NCBI GenBank assembly: GCA_018970545.1
Contig: JAGWWC010000004.1
Span: 828 to 64,827, forward strand
DNA from: Betaproteobacteria bacterium
GTDB lineage: Bacteria; Pseudomonadota; Gammaproteobacteria; Burkholderiales; Burkholderiaceae_A
Direction: 5' to 3'
DNA length: 64,000 bases
The notes under the pieces: generated by a model
Told to the model about the DNA's origin: nothing
Database searches by the model: none
The model's input: the letters and a program-made list of their open reading frames with translations, nothing else
Program-made: the position numbers and the translations under genes
In this document: piece after piece, positions 60,736-64,000 of the stretch
Layout of the letters: each line of letters begins with the position of its first letter
How positions within the stretch are numbered: the first letter of the stretch is position 1

Positions 60736-62445
60736 ATGCCGCTTCCGAAGGCCCCGACCAAGCCCGCCACCCTGCTGCAGCCCACCGATGACCTCATCGC
60801 CAAACCGAATCGCAACAAAAAATCGTCGGGCCGCGGCCTCGCTCCACAAGAGGATATCGAGCCCAGCGTAATCGCGGGCCCCGCGGAACGTCGGCCTGCT
60901 TTACCGCCCCCGCCGCAGGCCCCGGCCCCAGCCCAAACAGCCCCATTTCCAATCCCACCGCAGACGGCGGCCGCACCCGTCACGGCAGTTCGCCGGCCCG
61001 CAATGCTGCGCGAACCAAGGCGTCGTACGGATCCCGATGTCGCCAAAACTTTTGTGCTCGATACCAACGTGTTGATGCATGACCCCTCCAGTCTTTTTCG
61101 ATTCGAGGAGCACGACATCTTCCTGCCAATGATGACCCTTGAAGAGCTCGATAACCATAAAAAGGGTGTCTCAGAAGTCGCCCGTAATGTGCGCCAAGTG
61201 ACACGCTCATTGGATGCGATGATCGAAGCGATTGCGGATGCGAGCAGCAGCGGCCTAAATATTGCCGAAGGTATCCCCCTATCCGTGCTCGGAAACAAAG
61301 AGGCGACCGGCCGACTGTATTTTCAGACCCAGCCGCTGGAAATCGAGACCAGCTCGGTCATAGAAGGCCTCACGGTCGGAAAAGCCGACAACCAAATTCT
61401 CGGTGTCGTACGCGCCTTGCAGGCCAAACAAAAAGACCGGCTTGTCGTGCTGGTTTCCAAAGACATCAATATCCGGATCAAGGCCCACGCCTTGGGACTG
61501 CCGGCCGAGGATTACTTTAATGATCAGGTGATCGATGACGCCGATTTACTCTACTCAGGCGCCATGCAGCTGCCCGAGGGCTTCTGGGATAGCCACGGCA
61601 AGCGTCTCGAATCCTGGCAGCAAGGGGGCTACACCTTTTATCGGGTGACCGGCCCGCTGTGTGCAGCCTTTCATGTCAATCAATTTGTATACGAGGACGG
61701 GGCCAGCCCCCTTTATGCGCTTGTGCAAGAGGTGCAAGGCCGTACCGCCGTACTGCGCACGCTGAGAGATTTCACACATGCCAAGAACTCAGTCTGGGGC
61801 ATCACCGCCCGCAATCGCGAGCAGAACTTTGCGCTGAACCTTCTGATGAATCCGGATGTTGATTTTGTGACCTTGCTGGGCCAGGCCGGCACCGGAAAAA
61901 CGCTGCTCGCATTGGCCTCGGGCCTTGCCCAAATCCTTGAGACCAAAATCTATAACGAGATCATCGTCACGCGGGCCACCGTTCCACTGGGCGATGACAT
62001 CGGCTTTCTGCCGGGCACTGAAGAAGAAAAGATGCAGCCATGGATGGGCGCCCTCGAAGATAACCTTGAGGTGCTCAACCGCGGGGTCGATGGCGGCGGC
62101 GACTGGGGCCGCTCGGCAGCTGCAGACCTGATTCGCACACGCATCAAGATCAAATCACTGAACTTCATGCGCGGCAGAACCTTTATCAATAAATTTTTGA
62201 TCATTGATGAAGCCCAAAATCTCACTCCGAAGCAGATGAAGGCATTGATCACACGCGCCGGTCCGGGCACCAAGGTGGTCTGCATGGGCAACATCGCTCA
62301 GATCGACTCGCCCTACCTCACGGAGGGATCATCCGGCCTGACGTATGTGGTCGATCGGTTCAAAGGCTGGTCGCACGGCGGCCACGTGACCCTGCAGCGT
62401 GGCGAGCGTTCGCGGCTTGCGGATTTTGCAACTGAAGCGCTCTAG
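60736..62445 (+). CDS. PIN-domain plus PhoH ATPase protein
   Basis: VLDTNVL PIN motif, SKD.N.RIKA, GQAGTGKT, RGRT and IIDEAQN; Pro/Ala-rich N-terminus. Confidence 0.9.
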   Translation: MPLPKAPTKPATLLQPTDDLIAKPNRNKKSSGRGLAPQEDIEPSVIAGPAERRPALPPPPQAPAPAQTAPFPIPPQTAAAPVTAVRRPAMLREPRRRTDPDVAKTFVLDTNVLMHDPSSLFRFEEHDIFLPMMTLEELDNHKKGVSEVARNVRQVTRSLDAMIEAIADASSSGLNIAEGIPLSVLGNKEATGRLYFQTQPLEIETSSVIEGLTVGKADNQILGVVRALQAKQKDRLVVLVSKDINIRIKAHALGLPAEDYFNDQVIDDADLLYSGAMQLPEGFWDSHGKRLESWQQGGYTFYRVTGPLCAAFHVNQFVYEDGASPLYALVQEVQGRTAVLRTLRDFTHAKNSVWGITARNREQNFALNLLMNPDVDFVTLLGQAGTGKTLLALASGLAQILETKIYNEIIVTRATVPLGDDIGFLPGTEEEKMQPWMGALEDNLEVLNRGVDGGGDWGRSAAADLIRTRIKIKSLNFMRGRTFINKFLIIDEAQNLTPKQMKALITRAGPGTKVVCMGNIAQIDSPYLTEGSSGLTYVVDRFKGWSHGGHVTLQRGERSRLADFATEAL

Positions 62446-62458
62446 CGCAGAGAGCGAT

Positions 62459-62534
62459 TGGCGTCCCCTAGGGGATTCGAACCCCTGTACTCACCGTGAA
62501 AGGGTGATGTCCTAGGCCTCTAGACGAAGGGGAC
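62459..62534 (-). tRNA. tRNA-Glu(TTC)
   Basis: GTCCCCTTCGTCTAGAGGCCTAGGACATCACCCTTTCACGGTGAGTACAGGGGTTCGAATCCCCTAGGGGACGCCA. Confidence 0.97.
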
Positions 62535-62575
62535 CCGTGAACAACTGGGTCTTTGCTTGGTGACACTGGACTGAC

Positions 62576-62651
<76 letters not shown>

Positions 62652-62689
62652 GTGCTTCGCACGTTCCGTGACATCTAAGCAAGCCCGCG

Positions 62690-62719
62690 AGTTTAGGGGA
62701 ATAATGCGGAAAAGTCCAA
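62690..62719 (-). promoter_or_regulatory. Putative sigma70 promoter for the tRNA-Ala/tRNA-Glu pair
   Basis: TTGGAC-N18-TAAACT followed by a GC-rich discriminator (CGCGGGC). Confidence 0.5.
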
Positions 62720-62755
62720 TTTCCGGGCCGTGCTGCTTCTACGCGAACTTCACTT

Positions 62756-63619
62756 ATGACTGCCACCCTGATTGATGGCCTGGCCATCGCAAAATCGCTT
62801 CGCCTCCAGGCCGCCGAGCGGGCCAAGGCCTGCTTAGCAAAGGGCCGTACGGCGGGCCTCGCAGTCGTGCTGATCGGCAACAACCCCGCCAGCCAGGTCT
62901 ATGTCCGAAACAAGATCAAGGCATGTGCGGAGGCCGGGATCACGTCACGCTTAATTGAAAAGCCTGAGTCCTTAAGTGAAGTCGAGTTACTTAGCATCAT
63001 CGATGATTTAAACCGCGATCCCGAGATCGATGGGATTCTGGTACAGATGCCGCTTCCAAAACAGCTCGATGCGCATCGGGTCATCGAGGCAATCGCTGCA
63101 GACAAGGATGTCGATGGATTCCATGTCAGCAACGCAGGCGCGCTGATGACCGGTCGGCCCCTGTTTCAGCCCTGTACGCCTTATGGCGTGATCAAAATGC
63201 TGGAGTCCATCGATGCGCCGATCTGGGGGGCCCATGCGGTGATCTGTGGCGCCAGCAATATCGTCGGTAAACCCATGGCCATGATGCTGCTCGCACGCGG
63301 CGCCACCGTCACCGTATGCAACAGCAAGACCCAACGCTTACAAGAGCACACGCGACGGGCGGATATTCTGGTGTCCGCGGTCGGCAGACCGAATATGATT
63401 TCGGCAGATATGGTCAAACCTGGAGCCATCGTGATTGATGTCGGCATTAACCGGCTCGCTGATGGCCGGCTTGTGGGCGATGTCGACTTTGCCTCAGTCT
63501 CGCAGGTCGCCTCTGCAATTACGCCAGTGCCGGGCGGTGTTGGGCCGATGACCATCGCCATGCTGTTAATTAACACCATTGAATCTGCTGAACGCCGACT
63601 CCATCTTTGCTCATCATGA
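62756..63619 (+). CDS. folD: Bifunctional methylenetetrahydrofolate dehydrogenase/cyclohydrolase
   Basis: [31 protein letters not shown] and [10 protein letters not shown] motifs. Confidence 0.97.
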   Translation: MTATLIDGLAIAKSLRLQAAERAKACLAKGRTAGLAVVLIGNNPASQVYVRNKIKACAEAGITSRLIEKPESLSEVELLSIIDDLNRDPEIDGILVQMPLPKQLDAHRVIEAIAADKDVDGFHVSNAGALMTGRPLFQPCTPYGVIKMLESIDAPIWGAHAVICGASNIVGKPMAMMLLARGATVTVCNSKTQRLQEHTRRADILVSAVGRPNMISADMVKPGAIVIDVGINRLADGRLVGDVDFASVSQVASAITPVPGGVGPMTIAMLLINTIESAERRLHLCSS

Positions 63620-64000
63620 ATAACCCCCTACTCCATGAAATGCTGGCTCGGGATGGCCTGCCGCGCTATGACCTGATTGAGCCTGCGCAGGTCGCTGCCG
63701 CAGTGGACACGCTTCTTGCCGAAGCCCGGGCCACACTGGCCCGAGTGACGGCGCCGGCCAACTCCATCTCGTGGGCCACGGTGATCGAGCCCCTCACCGA
63801 CGCCACAGAACGGCTCGGCCGCGCCTGGGGCGCAGTTCATCACATGTCGGGGGTCATGGACTCTCCCGAATGGCGGGAAGCGATCAACAGCCGCCTCGCG
63901 GAGGTCACTGCCTTTTGGACCGAATTGGCACAGCACCCGGATTTATTCCGTGCTTCGAGGGCACTTGAAGATCAGTTCAAAGATACGCCGCCAAAGCCAC
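63616..64000 (+). CDS. prlC: Oligopeptidase A (M3 family), 5' part truncated by the window end
   Basis: Manual translation [23 protein letters not shown]...[27 protein letters not shown] overlap with the folD stop; not in the ORF track. Confidence 0.85.
   Translation, partial: MNNPLLHEMLARDGLPRYDLIEPAQVAAAVDTLLAEARATLARVTAPANSISWATVIEPLTDATERLGRAWGAVHHMSGVMDSPEWREAINSRLAEVTAFWTELAQHPDLFRASRALEDQFKDTPPKP

Noticed and set aside
62652..62755. ZTP or THF riboswitch before folD
   Set aside because: No recognisable consensus; the region is short and contains the divergent tRNA promoter.

Overview
This 64-kb window is core chromosome of a Burkholderiales-like betaproteobacterium, inferred from the gene orders rpsO-pnp-tpiA-secG-tRNA-Leu-nuoA..N, ilvIH-ilvC-psd-pssA-leuA and alaC-hom-thrC-moeA-moaD-moaE-clpB. 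Gene packing is very tight, with many overlaps and many apparently leaderless genes. It holds about 60 CDS and 5 tRNAs (Val-GAC, Ser-TGA, Leu-GAG, Glu-TTC, Ala-GGC); I saw no IS element, prophage or CRISPR array. Best observations: (1) the ppx stop codon lies inside the tRNA-Val gene; (2) an unannotated Leu-rich leader peptide precedes leuA, with no intrinsic terminator; (3) thrC probably starts at a CUG coupled to the hom stop; (4) an ECF sigma locus has its anti-sigma-like and DUF3106-like proteins fused; (5) a putative sugar-acid/C5-dicarboxylate catabolic neighbourhood (IlvD/Edd, DapA-like, TAXI-TRAP, LhgO-like, GcdH) carries a perfect 11-bp inverted-repeat operator; (6) several readable regulatory sites (Pho box, bidirectional Fur box, sigma32 promoter with a possible thermometer, structured rpsO, ilvI and RNA-helicase leaders). 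All calls come from manual reading and motif recall; no database searches or folding programs were run.
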